From an uncultured Candidatus Saccharibacteria bacterium (GTDB lineage Bacteria > Patescibacteriota > Dojkabacteria > SC72 > JAFGCJ01): a stretch of 64,000 nucleotides of DNA. Shown here piece after piece: positions 49,018-58,628 of this stretch. The notes beneath the pieces were generated by a model. The model searched no databases. It had not been told where the DNA came from and was given only the letters and a program-made list of their open reading frames with translations. The position numbers and the translations under genes were made by a program. The number at the start of each line of letters is the position of its first letter. The stretch's first letter is position 1. The stretch spans positions 7,766-71,765 of the forward strand of contig CAYZTC010000001.1 in NCBI GenBank assembly GCA_964481345.1, read 5' to 3'.

Positions 49018-50697
49018 TTATTCTTCAAGATTTCTAATAAAATCCTTTTCCCATCTATACCTTCTTTCTTCATTATAGTAATTTCCAAGTATGACAACTC
49101 CATAAATTATCAACACTAAAGATACAGTCAAAGCCACTGCTGCAATACCATTAATAGCTGTCTCAGGAAGCTCAGCTATTGTAGATTCCCCTTCTTTATT
49201 TATATTTAGCTCAAGTCCAAGTACTTCTCCATCAGTATCACTAATAGTATATGACTTTACATCACTATCTCCAGCAGCAAGACCTGTCAGAACTAATGTG
49301 TCACTTTGTTCATAATCAAAATATGAATCATAATCAGCTGTTCTTACTGACCCTAAATCAAAAAGCCAGTCACCATCAGAATCTGTTGCTACTGAAACTA
49401 TAGAGGAATCTGATGATCCAGAGGATACCTTACCAAGCACAACTGCATCTGCCAATGCTGTACCAGTCACAACTCCAACTATTGTTTGAGATGTAGGAGG
49501 AGAAGACTGAGTAGCTGGTGTAGTTTGAGAATAGGCTGATCCATTATCATCATACAAAACTCCCCCAGAGCTTATTTTGAAATGGTATGTAGTTTCTGGC
49601 TCAAGGTCTTCCAACGTCACATGATGCATATAGTATTGAGATTGAGAAGTGAGGGAATCTCTGTCATCTACTGCTTCATCTCCAAGGGACGAGGATGTAC
49701 CATAGGTAACATAACCTGTCTCTTTTTCATCGCTTTCCCAAATCACAGAAAAGGAGTTTTCAGTAACGTTTGCAATCCCCACATCTTCTATTGCAGATCC
49801 TGATTCAGACAATTCAGGTGTACCCATAGGTGTTAAAATAATCTCGTCAGAATCTGATGTGTCAGTATCAGAGGTATCTTCTGTAGAGGTGTCGGCTTCA
49901 TCTCCCACATCAAGCATTGAAGAGTCAGAAAATATCTGAGTGGTTGAGACATTTTCATCCATTGTCATTTCAATCGTAGTACCTATTCCAACAGTAGTTT
50001 CCACAATTGCACCACCCTTATCTGCCCCCTGTGCAAATATGTTCATCTTTGTACTATCCGTATAAGAGTAGTTACCACTCAGGGTAGAAGTTCGAATGTG
50101 AGATAGATCGACCTCAAAATTACCAGAGTCATTTGTAAGAGTAGAAACTGGAAATGACCTACTTCCCTCTGCTCCCAAAGTAACATACACAATTGCACTT
50201 TTATTCTCACCATTAGTCACACTACCATAAACTGGATCTGGTGAAGGTGGCACCGAAAAACTTCCTGACGATGCAGTTGTAAAATCAAATGCACCGCCAT
50301 CTTCATCCTTATATTCCTGAGTCCCAGAGCCTATTACAAAGTAATGTTTTGTAGAAGGATCAAGACTGGACATCGTAACATAATGAGTATTTCTTTTTGA
50401 GGTACTTCCCGAACTAACATCTCTAGTATCCTGTGCTATTTGTGCACCATCTCCAAGTTGAGAGGACGTCCCATATTTTATCCATCCTTCAGCTGACAGA
50501 TCTGGGGTGACCCACGAAATGACAACTGAAGTTTCAGTAAGATCACTTATTCTTATCTCTTCAGGAGTAGGGCTAGAAACAGCTCTAGCGCGCCAATCAC
50601 TATAATAATTAAAACCTAAAACACTTATGGGAATAGCAAACAGTATTATTGCTGCAATTATCGTATATGTCTTTTTTTTACGAGGAGATACATACAT
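49018..50697 (-). CDS. surface protein with two FN3-like repeats and an LPETA sorting signal
   Basis: Two internal repeats (SVVISW...YGTS...HYVTMSSLDPST and SFSVIW...YGTS...HHVTLEDLEPET); LPETA, TM and charged tail. Confidence 0.8.
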   Translation of the reverse strand: MYVSPRKKKTYTIIAAIILFAIPISVLGFNYYSDWRARAVSSPTPEEIRISDLTETSVVISWVTPDLSAEGWIKYGTSSQLGDGAQIAQDTRDVSSGSTSKRNTHYVTMSSLDPSTKHYFVIGSGTQEYKDEDGGAFDFTTASSGSFSVPPSPDPVYGSVTNGENKSAIVYVTLGAEGSRSFPVSTLTNDSGNFEVDLSHIRTSTLSGNYSYTDSTKMNIFAQGADKGGAIVETTVGIGTTIEMTMDENVSTTQIFSDSSMLDVGDEADTSTEDTSDTDTSDSDEIILTPMGTPELSESGSAIEDVGIANVTENSFSVIWESDEKETGYVTYGTSSSLGDEAVDDRDSLTSQSQYYMHHVTLEDLEPETTYHFKISSGGVLYDDNGSAYSQTTPATQSSPPTSQTIVGVVTGTALADAVVLGKVSSGSSDSSIVSVATDSDGDWLFDLGSVRTADYDSYFDYEQSDTLVLTGLAAGDSDVKSYTISDTDGEVLGLELNINKEGESTIAELPETAINGIAAVALTVSLVLIIYGVVILGNYYNEERRYRWEKDFIRNLEE

Positions 50698-50755
50698 TAA
50701 AACCAGTATAAAGCATCAAACTGACGATCACAACAAAGAAATAAAGTCATGTGGA

Positions 50756-50998
50756 CTACTCAACCATTTCCCTTATTTTCTCTTTTACATCCCTTTTTAC
50801 TTGGTTTACCTTTGGCTCAATATTTTCCTTCACTTTATCCACTTTTTTACCAAAGTCCTTCGACTTCTTTTTAAGAAGATCCCTAGTCTCTTCTCCAGTC
50901 ATTGGAGTAAAAAGCATTGCCAGTGCAGCACCAACTATACCTCCAATAAATGCTCCAGTAAGAAAACTAGTAACACCTGATTTTTCCTCGTCTCTCAT
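50756..50998 (-). CDS. YtxH-family protein
   Basis: FLTGAFIGGIVGAALAMLFTPMTGEETR. Confidence 0.9.
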   Translation of the reverse strand: MRDEEKSGVTSFLTGAFIGGIVGAALAMLFTPMTGEETRDLLKKKSKDFGKKVDKVKENIEPKVNQVKRDVKEKIREMVE

Positions 50999-51019
50999 TA
51001 TATTTCAGTAATAAATTAG

Positions 51020-51424
51020 CTATTCTAACTCTCCAGGATCATCGACAGGAGACTCATCTTCTGGATAATACTCAGGCTCCTCTTTTGCTGAAGAATTTGA
51101 AGTGTCCTGGTCTTGACCTTCGAAACCTGGGATTTTTCTTTTTATTTTATTAACAAAGGAAGAGATAAGCTCAAATGGTCTAATCACATACCCTGATACA
51201 GTATCCACTGTTTTTTGAACAATACCAAGCATATCATTGATCTTTTTAAACGCCTCTTTCGCTGATGTAATAATTTCCTTAGATTCTTTTACAACAAATC
51301 TAACCTCCCTCATAGTAAGGCCACCTTCCCTTAAAAGCATTGCAGTATAGAAAAGAATCATGCCAAACATGCCTGACAGACCAGCAATTATCACCATCCA
51401 AAACCAAGAAGGAATTTCACTCAT
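51020..51424 (-). CDS. membrane coiled-coil protein (YtxG/DUF948-like)
   Basis: TM plus helical region directly upstream of the YtxH gene; TTGACT-N17-GATACT promoter-like sequence upstream. Confidence 0.6.
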   Translation of the reverse strand: MSEIPSWFWMVIIAGLSGMFGMILFYTAMLLREGGLTMREVRFVVKESKEIITSAKEAFKKINDMLGIVQKTVDTVSGYVIRPFELISSFVNKIKRKIPGFEGQDQDTSNSSAKEEPEYYPEDESPVDDPGELE

Positions 51425-51665
51425 AGACAGACTTTGGCAGTCAATTTATCTTCGGCAAGAGTATCGCACATTAGTTTTTTTCAGTCAATAAACCCATAGG
51501 GGGCCTGTCCCCCTTATCCACAAACCATAATAAACCAGCATTTCTGGCCCCTAAGGTTTGCATACCCTCAGTATGGAAACGAACTAAACTAGACCAACCA
51601 GCATTATTAATCAAATAGCCAGAATCTATCCATTGAATTACGTCATGACAACTCGAACGATTGGA

Positions 51666-51744
51666 TCCTATCGTCTCGCTTCGCGGGACTCCAGGATATG
51701 CGTTCAAGGGATGCATCCGCTTGTCCTGGAACGAAGTGATAGGA
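51666..51744. repeat. composite REP-like inverted-repeat pair
   Basis: tcctatc/gatagga and tccagga/tcctgga nest around an inner atgcgttc/ggatgcat hairpin. Confidence 0.7.
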
Positions 51745-51780
51745 ATAGAGCCTCATACCACAATTCCCATCCTGACAAAC

Positions 51781-53415
51781 TCACAATCCTTTCTTCATAT
51801 ACAACTCACCCATCTCATACCCAAGCCTCTCATAGTACTTCCTAGTCCCCACTGCTGATATAACAGAAATGCCGTTATAACAATCTTCTTTGGATATTTC
51901 TTCAGCAAGTTTAACCAGTTTTGATCCAATTCCAATATGCTGTGCTTTTCCCTTCTCTTTCTTACCGACATCCGCAACCTCACCATACACATGGACCTCC
52001 CGAATCAAAGCATTTATTCCTAGTTCATCGATGAAACATTTTTCTTTGGGCAAACTAAGTCTAAGGAAGCCAGCTAGTTTGTCATCTTTTGTAACATAGG
52101 ATAGAAACATTTCTTTTCCAACAGATGTTTCATACTCAATTTTTTCAACTTTTAGATTAGACCACTTTACTTTTTTTGCTTTAATCTCCCTACATCTAAT
52201 GCACTTACAAGGGGTACCTTGTTTAATCAGTTCATCCTCAACATACTGCCTTAAGTTAGTGACTTTATTACCTTCCACAATGTATTCTCCTGGAATATCC
52301 CGAATTACTCTGGTAAGCCTGCAGTATCGGGGTGTTAGTTTCATCAAATCTTCCAGAAGCTCCTTCAATTCATCACCTACATATGGTTTATATTTCCCAC
52401 TTTTATATAAATTGAACAGTTTTGTTCCTCGCATTATAGATGTTGGGTAAATCTTTAGTTCATCAGGTCTAAAATCCCTTCCCCACAGCCTTTTGTAGTC
52501 TTTTATGTCTTTTTTAACAGTCGACCCGTGGAGGTTTGCCATCCAGTGCGCATGTATCTTAAAGCCTGTCTGTCTAAGCAGTTTAAATGCTTTCTTGGTT
52601 CTCTCAACATCATGTCCTCTATCATTTAACTTCAGTATTTCATCATCTAGTGACTGTACACCTATTTGAACTTTTGTAACACCAAGTTTTCGGTATTTAA
52701 TAATTTCTTCTTCAGTAATATAGTCAGGCCGAGTTTCAACGCACAGTCCAACACATCGACATTTAGCTGTTTCATTATGTTTCTGCAGTCGAAACAGGCT
52801 TTCCCAGGATGGGGCCTGTCCCCGTTCGCCAGCGGCGAACCAGCCTTTGGCTGGCCGGGGACAGGCCCTGTTTAACGCTCTGAAGCACTCAGTCACAAAC
52901 CATACTTTATAATCCTCAGGATAAAAATCCCATGTGCCGCCCAGAATAATCAGCTCAACTTTGTCAGTAGAGTGACCAATGTTTTTCAAAGCTAACAAAC
53001 GGTTGTAAACCTGAAGGTATGGATCAAACTTATTTTCCAGTGCCCTTTGCGCACCAGGCTCCTTCGATACATAGCTTTTGGGAAGATTATCTTCACTTGG
53101 ACAATAGATGCACTTTCCAGGGCACTCATATGGCTTTGTAAGCACTGTGACAACAGCCACCCCAGAAAGCGTCCTTACCGGTTTTCTCCTTATTCGTCTC
53201 TCCAGTAAATCACTTTTTACCAACAGTCCGTTGTCCATAAAATACTTGTATCCAGCAACGAGCTCATCTTTGCTAAAAAACACTCCTTTTTCTTTCAAGT
53301 TGCTCTTCAAAATGGTATGAAGGGAGTTTGATCTCCACTTTTTTGTCCCCTTTATCTCAGTAAAAATCTTCTGAAGCTTTTTACTGTATTTTCTAGGTTT
53401 AAAATTGTCTTTCAT
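51781..53415 (-). CDS. elp3: Elp3-family radical SAM/GNAT tRNA U34 modification enzyme
   Basis: RTLSGVAVV, CPGKCIYCP, ETRPD, PDELKIYP, RCRE, IREVHVYG, QHIGIG, ISAVGTRKYY. Confidence 0.93.
   Translation of the reverse strand: MKDNFKPRKYSKKLQKIFTEIKGTKKWRSNSLHTILKSNLKEKGVFFSKDELVAGYKYFMDNGLLVKSDLLERRIRRKPVRTLSGVAVVTVLTKPYECPGKCIYCPSEDNLPKSYVSKEPGAQRALENKFDPYLQVYNRLLALKNIGHSTDKVELIILGGTWDFYPEDYKVWFVTECFRALNRACPRPAKGWFAAGERGQAPSWESLFRLQKHNETAKCRCVGLCVETRPDYITEEEIIKYRKLGVTKVQIGVQSLDDEILKLNDRGHDVERTKKAFKLLRQTGFKIHAHWMANLHGSTVKKDIKDYKRLWGRDFRPDELKIYPTSIMRGTKLFNLYKSGKYKPYVGDELKELLEDLMKLTPRYCRLTRVIRDIPGEYIVEGNKVTNLRQYVEDELIKQGTPCKCIRCREIKAKKVKWSNLKVEKIEYETSVGKEMFLSYVTKDDKLAGFLRLSLPKEKCFIDELGINALIREVHVYGEVADVGKKEKGKAQHIGIGSKLVKLAEEISKEDCYNGISVISAVGTRKYYERLGYEMGELYMKKGL
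52812..52868. repeat. 57-bp GC-rich palindromic element inside elp3
   Basis: Perfect 13-bp outer stem with two inner hairpins. Confidence 0.85.
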
Positions 53416-53441
53416 AAGCAGGTATAATTGTATCATCAGAA

Positions 53442-54167
53442 ATGAAGGATGATATAGTTCAAAAGTTAAACAAGATAAATACGAGGTTCTACGAAGAAGC
53501 CGCTGAAAGTTTTGACTGCAAAAGAAGAGTCATATTTGGCGGTGTTGATGACTTCATAGGTCACTTGGAGGAAAAAAACTTCACCCCAAAATTCATCCTG
53601 GACATTGCTTGTGGTAACGGGAAGTTCTATCCAGCACTTCATAAGGTATTTCCAGAAGCAAAATACATCGGGATAGATAATAGCCTTCCTCTTATTGAGA
53701 TAGCAAGAAAACGATACACTGCTCCAAATTCAGGTTTTATTCACATAGATGTATTTGATTATCTCAAACTTCCAAATGAAACAAAGTTCGATCTTATCAT
53801 TTTAATAACCTTCATCCATCACATTCCTGAAAAGAAAAACAGAATTAAGTTAATTAAAGATATATCCAAACTTCTTTCTCCAAAAGGATTAATTGTTATA
53901 ACATTCTGGCAGTTTATGGAGAATGAAAAGCTCAGCAAAAAGATACTCAACTGGAAAAATGTGGGTATCGATCCAAAAGATGTCGAAAAAAATGACTACC
54001 TGCTCGGTTGGGATAGACAAGAGGGTATCTACCGCTACTGCCACTACCATGATGACAAGGAGATCGAGGAGATTATCAGCAAAGCTGGCTTGGAAACCAT
54101 CCACTCGTGGGTACAAAAAAACAAATCAGGTAAACTAAACAAAACTATTATCTGCAAGAAAAAATGA
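53442..54167 (+). CDS. class I SAM-dependent methyltransferase
   Basis: ILDIACGNG, GIDNS, FDLI...FIHHIP. Confidence 0.88.
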   Translation: MKDDIVQKLNKINTRFYEEAAESFDCKRRVIFGGVDDFIGHLEEKNFTPKFILDIACGNGKFYPALHKVFPEAKYIGIDNSLPLIEIARKRYTAPNSGFIHIDVFDYLKLPNETKFDLIILITFIHHIPEKKNRIKLIKDISKLLSPKGLIVITFWQFMENEKLSKKILNWKNVGIDPKDVEKNDYLLGWDRQEGIYRYCHYHDDKEIEEIISKAGLETIHSWVQKNKSGKLNKTIICKKK

Positions 54168-54595
54168 TATACAGAAAACCTCCAAAAGATTGGAACCCAA
54201 AATATACAGTTGTTAGTTGTATTGTAGAGTGTAACGGTAAGATTTTGCTTCTCAAGAGGGCCCCAAATAAATATGAGGGCAATAAATGGGGTGTTGTTGC
54301 AGGAAAAGTTGAACAAGAAGAAAAGGACATTGATGCTATCATCAGGGAGAGTAAGGAGGAAGCAGGGCTAAGTTTCACACATAAAATGCTTACATCCTTC
54401 AGAACCTATTATGTAGAACACCCCTGGTACAAATTCAGCTATCACGTATACACAAGTAAGATGGATAAGGTTCCAGATATAAAAATAAAAGATGACGAAA
54501 ACACCGAGTATAAATGGGTCACCCCAAAAGATGCGATAACCCCTACTTTAGTCATGGATGAACATATGATTATCGAAGATTATTACGGTTTATAG
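54164..54595 (+). CDS. NUDIX hydrolase
   Basis: WGVVAGKVEQEEKDIDAIIRESKEEAG. Confidence 0.88.
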   Translation: MIYRKPPKDWNPKYTVVSCIVECNGKILLLKRAPNKYEGNKWGVVAGKVEQEEKDIDAIIRESKEEAGLSFTHKMLTSFRTYYVEHPWYKFSYHVYTSKMDKVPDIKIKDDENTEYKWVTPKDAITPTLVMDEHMIIEDYYGL

Positions 54596-54629
54596 ACCGA
54601 GGCCCCGCACAGCGGGATAAACCTGCCTA

Positions 54630-55787
54630 CTACTCCACCACCACCCTCCTCGTAGCCACATCCAGTTTAACCAGTATCACATACGGAATTGTCCCACACG
54701 TCTTAGCAATATTATCTATAGAATTCTTATCCTCACTATTTGAAGAAATCACCTCCACCTTGCTCCACCGAGTAGCCTTTGTTCCTGTCAAATCAAGTGT
54801 TGTCAGATTCATCGAGACTCTCCCAATAATTGGCAAGTATTTATTCTTAAACTTTACAAAACCTTTGTTGCTCAGCCTTCTATCTACTCCCTCATAATAC
54901 CCTAGCGGAAGTACTCCAAGCTTAGTTTTTCTTTTCGTAGTATAGGTACACCCATAGCCTATTTTTTCGTTCTTCGGAATTTCTTTTACATTGATAATTC
55001 GTGACTTCATCCTAAGGCTAGGTTTTAAACCAAGGTAGCTTTTAAACAGAGGATCGTTTGGTACATAAGGGTTATACCCATAAATCGCTTTCCCAACCCT
55101 CAACGCATTAGTCTGAATATCATGTACTTTTAGCGATCCAGCTGATGCACCAATATGAACATACTTTACTGGTCCACAAAGTTTTTTAACCTGTTCAACT
55201 GCCTCCACAAATAGTTTCTTTTGACGCTTGGTATATGAATTACTTGGACAGTCAGCATTTGAGAAGTGAGACATCACTCCCTCAAGTTCAATATTTCTGT
55301 ACTTTTTAATCCCTTTAACAATTTGTTCTATCTGATCTAATTCAATACCTTGCCTCCTCATACCAGTATCAATCTTGAGATGAATCCTCACTCTCTTACC
55401 AATTCTTCCAAGCTCTTTAATTGTGCCAATATCATATACTGCAAGTGCAAGATTCTTAAAATGCAGATTCCTAAGGTTCTTAGGATCCATAACTCCAATC
55501 AGAAGTACTGGTTGCTTAGACACCTCCCAAATTTGCAGTGCCTCAAAATATCCGTCCACAACAGCATATTTAAACTTCCTGGCCTTTAAAATCTCAGCAA
55601 TCTGACTTATCCCATGACCATATGCATTCGATTTAAGAACAGGCCATACATTCATATCGGGATTAAGTTTCTTGATCAGGTCGTAGTTGTGAAGAATATT
55701 TTTCCTGCTTACCTCGATGACATTTAGAGGCTCAAAACCCCTCTCAAATTTCGATATTAGACTTGCTACCTTTTCCCTTATAGACAT
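54630..55787 (-). CDS. alr: alanine racemase
   Basis: VLKSNAYGHG, HLKIDTGMRRQG, IGYG, IGRVSMN, TIPY. Confidence 0.95.
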   Translation of the reverse strand: MSIREKVASLISKFERGFEPLNVIEVSRKNILHNYDLIKKLNPDMNVWPVLKSNAYGHGISQIAEILKARKFKYAVVDGYFEALQIWEVSKQPVLLIGVMDPKNLRNLHFKNLALAVYDIGTIKELGRIGKRVRIHLKIDTGMRRQGIELDQIEQIVKGIKKYRNIELEGVMSHFSNADCPSNSYTKRQKKLFVEAVEQVKKLCGPVKYVHIGASAGSLKVHDIQTNALRVGKAIYGYNPYVPNDPLFKSYLGLKPSLRMKSRIINVKEIPKNEKIGYGCTYTTKRKTKLGVLPLGYYEGVDRRLSNKGFVKFKNKYLPIIGRVSMNLTTLDLTGTKATRWSKVEVISSNSEDKNSIDNIAKTCGTIPYVILVKLDVATRRVVVE

Positions 55788-55874
55788 GCTTTTACTCTAT
55801 ACGAACAATTGAATACTTCATGACATCTTAACAAGTAAAATAATTGCTAAATAACAGACTGCATATTCTGGAGC

Positions 55875-55893
55875 CCTCCGCCTCTGGCGGAGG
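55875..55893. repeat. GC-rich hairpin cctccgcc-tct-ggcggagg
   Basis: Same cgcc-tct-ggcg core as the hairpin at 22981-23002 in rnpB. Confidence 0.65.
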
Positions 55894-55917
55894 CGATAGA
55901 ACCCCACATTCCCACAA

Positions 55918-56529
55918 CTAATTACCCTTTCTCTCTAAAACCTCATCTAGCCTTCTTTTAACTTCTTCATAATTGTCTCCACTGTATTCTACATAATAAT
56001 CAGCCTCAGATGGTTTGGGTTTGACAAAAGAAGGTTTTTGCACTTTTTCGTATAAATCAACCCAGGCGGGTTTTTCATTATTTTCAACATTTCTTTTATC
56101 CACTTCCCTTAAATTTTTATAAAGTTCTTTTTCAGTAATCTTGTTATAAATAATCATTGTTATAGTACTTGAGTTTGCCTCTTTTGCTTTCGATAGTCTT
56201 GACTTTCTCTTTTCCTCAGAAAGGTTGCAACTATCGAGCAGTACTGAATATCCGTTTGATAACAAAACACCAATCATTGCCTCCCTTACTGAAGAGGTTG
56301 TACTCTGCCTTATCTCAAATCCCTCCCCAGTAACAGTATTGTCATCCTGGTAAATCGGATAGGTTTCGTTTAAAAAATCATGAATTTTGTTAGCATCTAT
56401 CCTAGTAAATACCTTTCCAAAATCTTTTACGATTTTATTGCACAATGTAGATTTGCCAGATTGAGAAAACCCTACAATCATTATAAAAACCGGAGTTTTT
56501 TCCTCTTTTTTTACACTATTCTTATTCAT
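55918..56529 (-). CDS. P-loop kinase (AAA_33-like)
   Basis: GFSQSGKST; VLLDSCN. Confidence 0.75.
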   Translation of the reverse strand: MNKNSVKKEEKTPVFIMIVGFSQSGKSTLCNKIVKDFGKVFTRIDANKIHDFLNETYPIYQDDNTVTGEGFEIRQSTTSSVREAMIGVLLSNGYSVLLDSCNLSEEKRKSRLSKAKEANSSTITMIIYNKITEKELYKNLREVDKRNVENNEKPAWVDLYEKVQKPSFVKPKPSEADYYVEYSGDNYEEVKRRLDEVLERKGN

Positions 56530-56539
56530 AAAGCCTATT

Positions 56540-57037
56540 TTAAGCTTTTACCAAATACTTTTCAAAGTCCTCCACCACCATCCTCTTCTTACTCCTACCC
56601 TTAGGTATAACTTTGAAACCATCTTTTTCCAAAAGTTTCTTGTGAGCTTCAAGTCCTCCTGGATATTTAGGATTCAATTCACCATCAGCTTTCAGTGTTC
56701 TCCAATATGGTACGCCGTACCCTCTGAAGTCCTTTTTCAACTCCTCCTCGGCGTTTGCTACTATCATTATAAATATTCCAGTAGTAAGTGAACAGCATGC
56801 CTGGACATTATGGTTTTCAGCAAGAATCTTACATATCTCATGAATAGTAATCAGTTTACCTTCTGGGATATTCCTCATGACTTCCAGCACTTCCGATTTC
56901 TTCGTAATCACAACATCGTCACCTTCCTTTGCCCCAAGAAACACTGCTGCCTTATAACATGGAAACTTCTCCTCAAGTTTCAAAATCTTCGGATACCCAT
57001 CCGTATCCTGCAACTTCTCCTCCCATGTTTTTGCCAT
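56540..57037 (-). CDS. MGMT/alkyltransferase-like DNA-binding protein
   Basis: IPEGKLIT, VPYWRTLKADGELNPKYPGG; lacks the PCHR cysteine. Confidence 0.7.
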   Translation of the reverse strand: MAKTWEEKLQDTDGYPKILKLEEKFPCYKAAVFLGAKEGDDVVITKKSEVLEVMRNIPEGKLITIHEICKILAENHNVQACCSLTTGIFIMIVANAEEELKKDFRGYGVPYWRTLKADGELNPKYPGGLEAHKKLLEKDGFKVIPKGRSKKRMVVEDFEKYLVKA

Positions 57038-57054
57038 TACTAACAGATTTAAAA

Positions 57055-57303
57055 TTAGTCATACTTAAGTTTCAAATACAATTGAACAAAGACTACTGCA
57101 AGAAAAATCGCGTTCATAATCCCTACCGGCAAGCTTCCAATCATAAATCCATATGCAGTCCAAAGTACCGACCCTAAAGCAGTGGCTGCTATCATCTCCA
57201 GCGAGACATCTTTCACGCTTTTGGTTTTATAGGAAAGAATAACCTGAGGAACAAAACTAATCATTATGAGAAAACCAGCAGCGTAACCAATAAATTCAAC
57301 CAT
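57055..57303 (-). CDS. SemiSWEET/PQ-loop transporter
   Basis: 3 TMs, SFVPQV..SYKTKSVKDVS, LWTAYG. Confidence 0.9.
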   Translation of the reverse strand: MVEFIGYAAGFLIMISFVPQVILSYKTKSVKDVSLEMIAATALGSVLWTAYGFMIGSLPVGIMNAIFLAVVFVQLYLKLKYD

Positions 57304-57332
57304 TTGTATGACTTAAGAAGTTAATCAATTCA

Positions 57333-57917
57333 TTATACCTTAATCTTTGGACGCAACCTTCCGGTTCTCTTCATATACTCTTCATACTCTTTTCCAAACT
57401 CTTCAATCATCATCCGCTCTTCTGCTTCTACCCTGAAAAGATAAACTGCCCAAAACACAACAAAAATCGATGGTCCAACTATCCAATTATGAAGCATCAT
57501 GAATTGAGCAACTCCCCAATATAGATGAGCAGCATACATTGGATGGCGGATGTATTTAAAGACCCCAGTCGTGATAAGTTTGTGACCCTTACGGATTGCC
57601 AGGTATTCAGTCCAGTTTCTACCAAGATCGTAATGAGATCTCCAAAGCAGCCAGATTGCAAAAAGAAATACTGGAATTCCTAAGTAGCCAATGTAATCGG
57701 GAAGATAATAATCTGCAAAATCAAAACTGTCAGAAAAGACATATACGGCAGGTAGAATCATTCCTACGCCAGCAAAACAAAGAAATAGTGTATCAACAAT
57801 GTTTCTGCTCCCTTTTTCAACAGGCTCTTTTCTGTACCCTCTCATCCCTACCCTTCTTACAATCCCCATAATCAAGTAGCCGATTGCGTATATTATCTTA
57901 AACGTTGAGTTAAACAT
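57333..57917 (-). CDS. isoprenylcysteine carboxyl methyltransferase (ICMT) family protein
   Basis: LGRNW, HKLITTGVFKYIRHPMY, EERMM..FG..Y..Y. Confidence 0.9.
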   Translation of the reverse strand: MFNSTFKIIYAIGYLIMGIVRRVGMRGYRKEPVEKGSRNIVDTLFLCFAGVGMILPAVYVFSDSFDFADYYLPDYIGYLGIPVFLFAIWLLWRSHYDLGRNWTEYLAIRKGHKLITTGVFKYIRHPMYAAHLYWGVAQFMMLHNWIVGPSIFVVFWAVYLFRVEAEERMMIEEFGKEYEEYMKRTGRLRPKIKV

Positions 57918-57940
57918 GATTACATTTTAAAGGAATTACT

Positions 57941-58597
57941 TTACTTTTCCACCGCCTCCCTTACGTGCTTATACTGACACCATTTGCAATCCGGATTCTC
58001 CTTTGGAAGAGGACCTTTCAAGAGCTCATCGACTTCCTTCATAAACTTCAAAAACCCTTTATCATCTATGGGCACTTCCAGCCATTTTGGTGGAAAGTCA
58101 ATTTCCACTGAATCACTATCAAATTTCACTTCATCCGGATAGAAAATGAGTAAAGCTAGTTTTGAGATCTTCAACGGTGAGCCGGACTTGGGATTTTCTA
58201 TAGCATATTTATACGCCCAAAGCTGAGATTTAAATTTTTCTACTTTACTTTCTTCTGGCTGGCTGATTTTGAGGTCTACCACAGTATATGTACCATCAGA
58301 GTTTTTCACGAGCAGATCATATTTACCTTTTATAAATACGGAAGTGCCAGGTACAACTATCGAATCGATGTATCCTTCTTGGTTAATAATCTTTCCGTCA
58401 GGAAAGTCTTTATTCAGATCTTTCAAATCCTTTCCCAAAAGACCCCCTTGCACCCTGCTGTTGATAGCAGAAAACACTCCAGGCATCGGCATACTCGGCT
58501 GAATAACCTCAGCCTTAACCTTAAGACAAAAACAAAGCTTGCACTCTTCATAAAGATAAGCAAAGTCTGAGGGAGAGAGTTTGTAGGTGGTTTTCAT
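57941..58597 (-). CDS. PD-(D/E)XK nuclease (RecB/Cas4-like)
   Basis: LSPS, GKYD, VVDLK, QLWAY; CxxC pairs near both termini. Confidence 0.85.
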   Translation of the reverse strand: MKTTYKLSPSDFAYLYEECKLCFCLKVKAEVIQPSMPMPGVFSAINSRVQGGLLGKDLKDLNKDFPDGKIINQEGYIDSIVVPGTSVFIKGKYDLLVKNSDGTYTVVDLKISQPEESKVEKFKSQLWAYKYAIENPKSGSPLKISKLALLIFYPDEVKFDSDSVEIDFPPKWLEVPIDDKGFLKFMKEVDELLKGPLPKENPDCKWCQYKHVREAVEK

Positions 58598-58628
58598 TTT
58601 TGTATAGAGGGTAAAATAATAATTAAAT

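Noticed and set aside
51471-51858. Small ORFs of 65-81 aa in the gap downstream of elp3
   Set aside because: They run through REP-like palindromes and a promoter, with no coding signature.
54602-54616. cccgc-aca-gcggg hairpin
   Set aside because: A short hairpin between convergent genes, most likely an ordinary terminator.
57941-58597. Cas4 / CRISPR locus
   Set aside because: There is no cas1 or cas2 and no repeat-spacer array in the window, so this is best called a solo PD-(D/E)XK nuclease.
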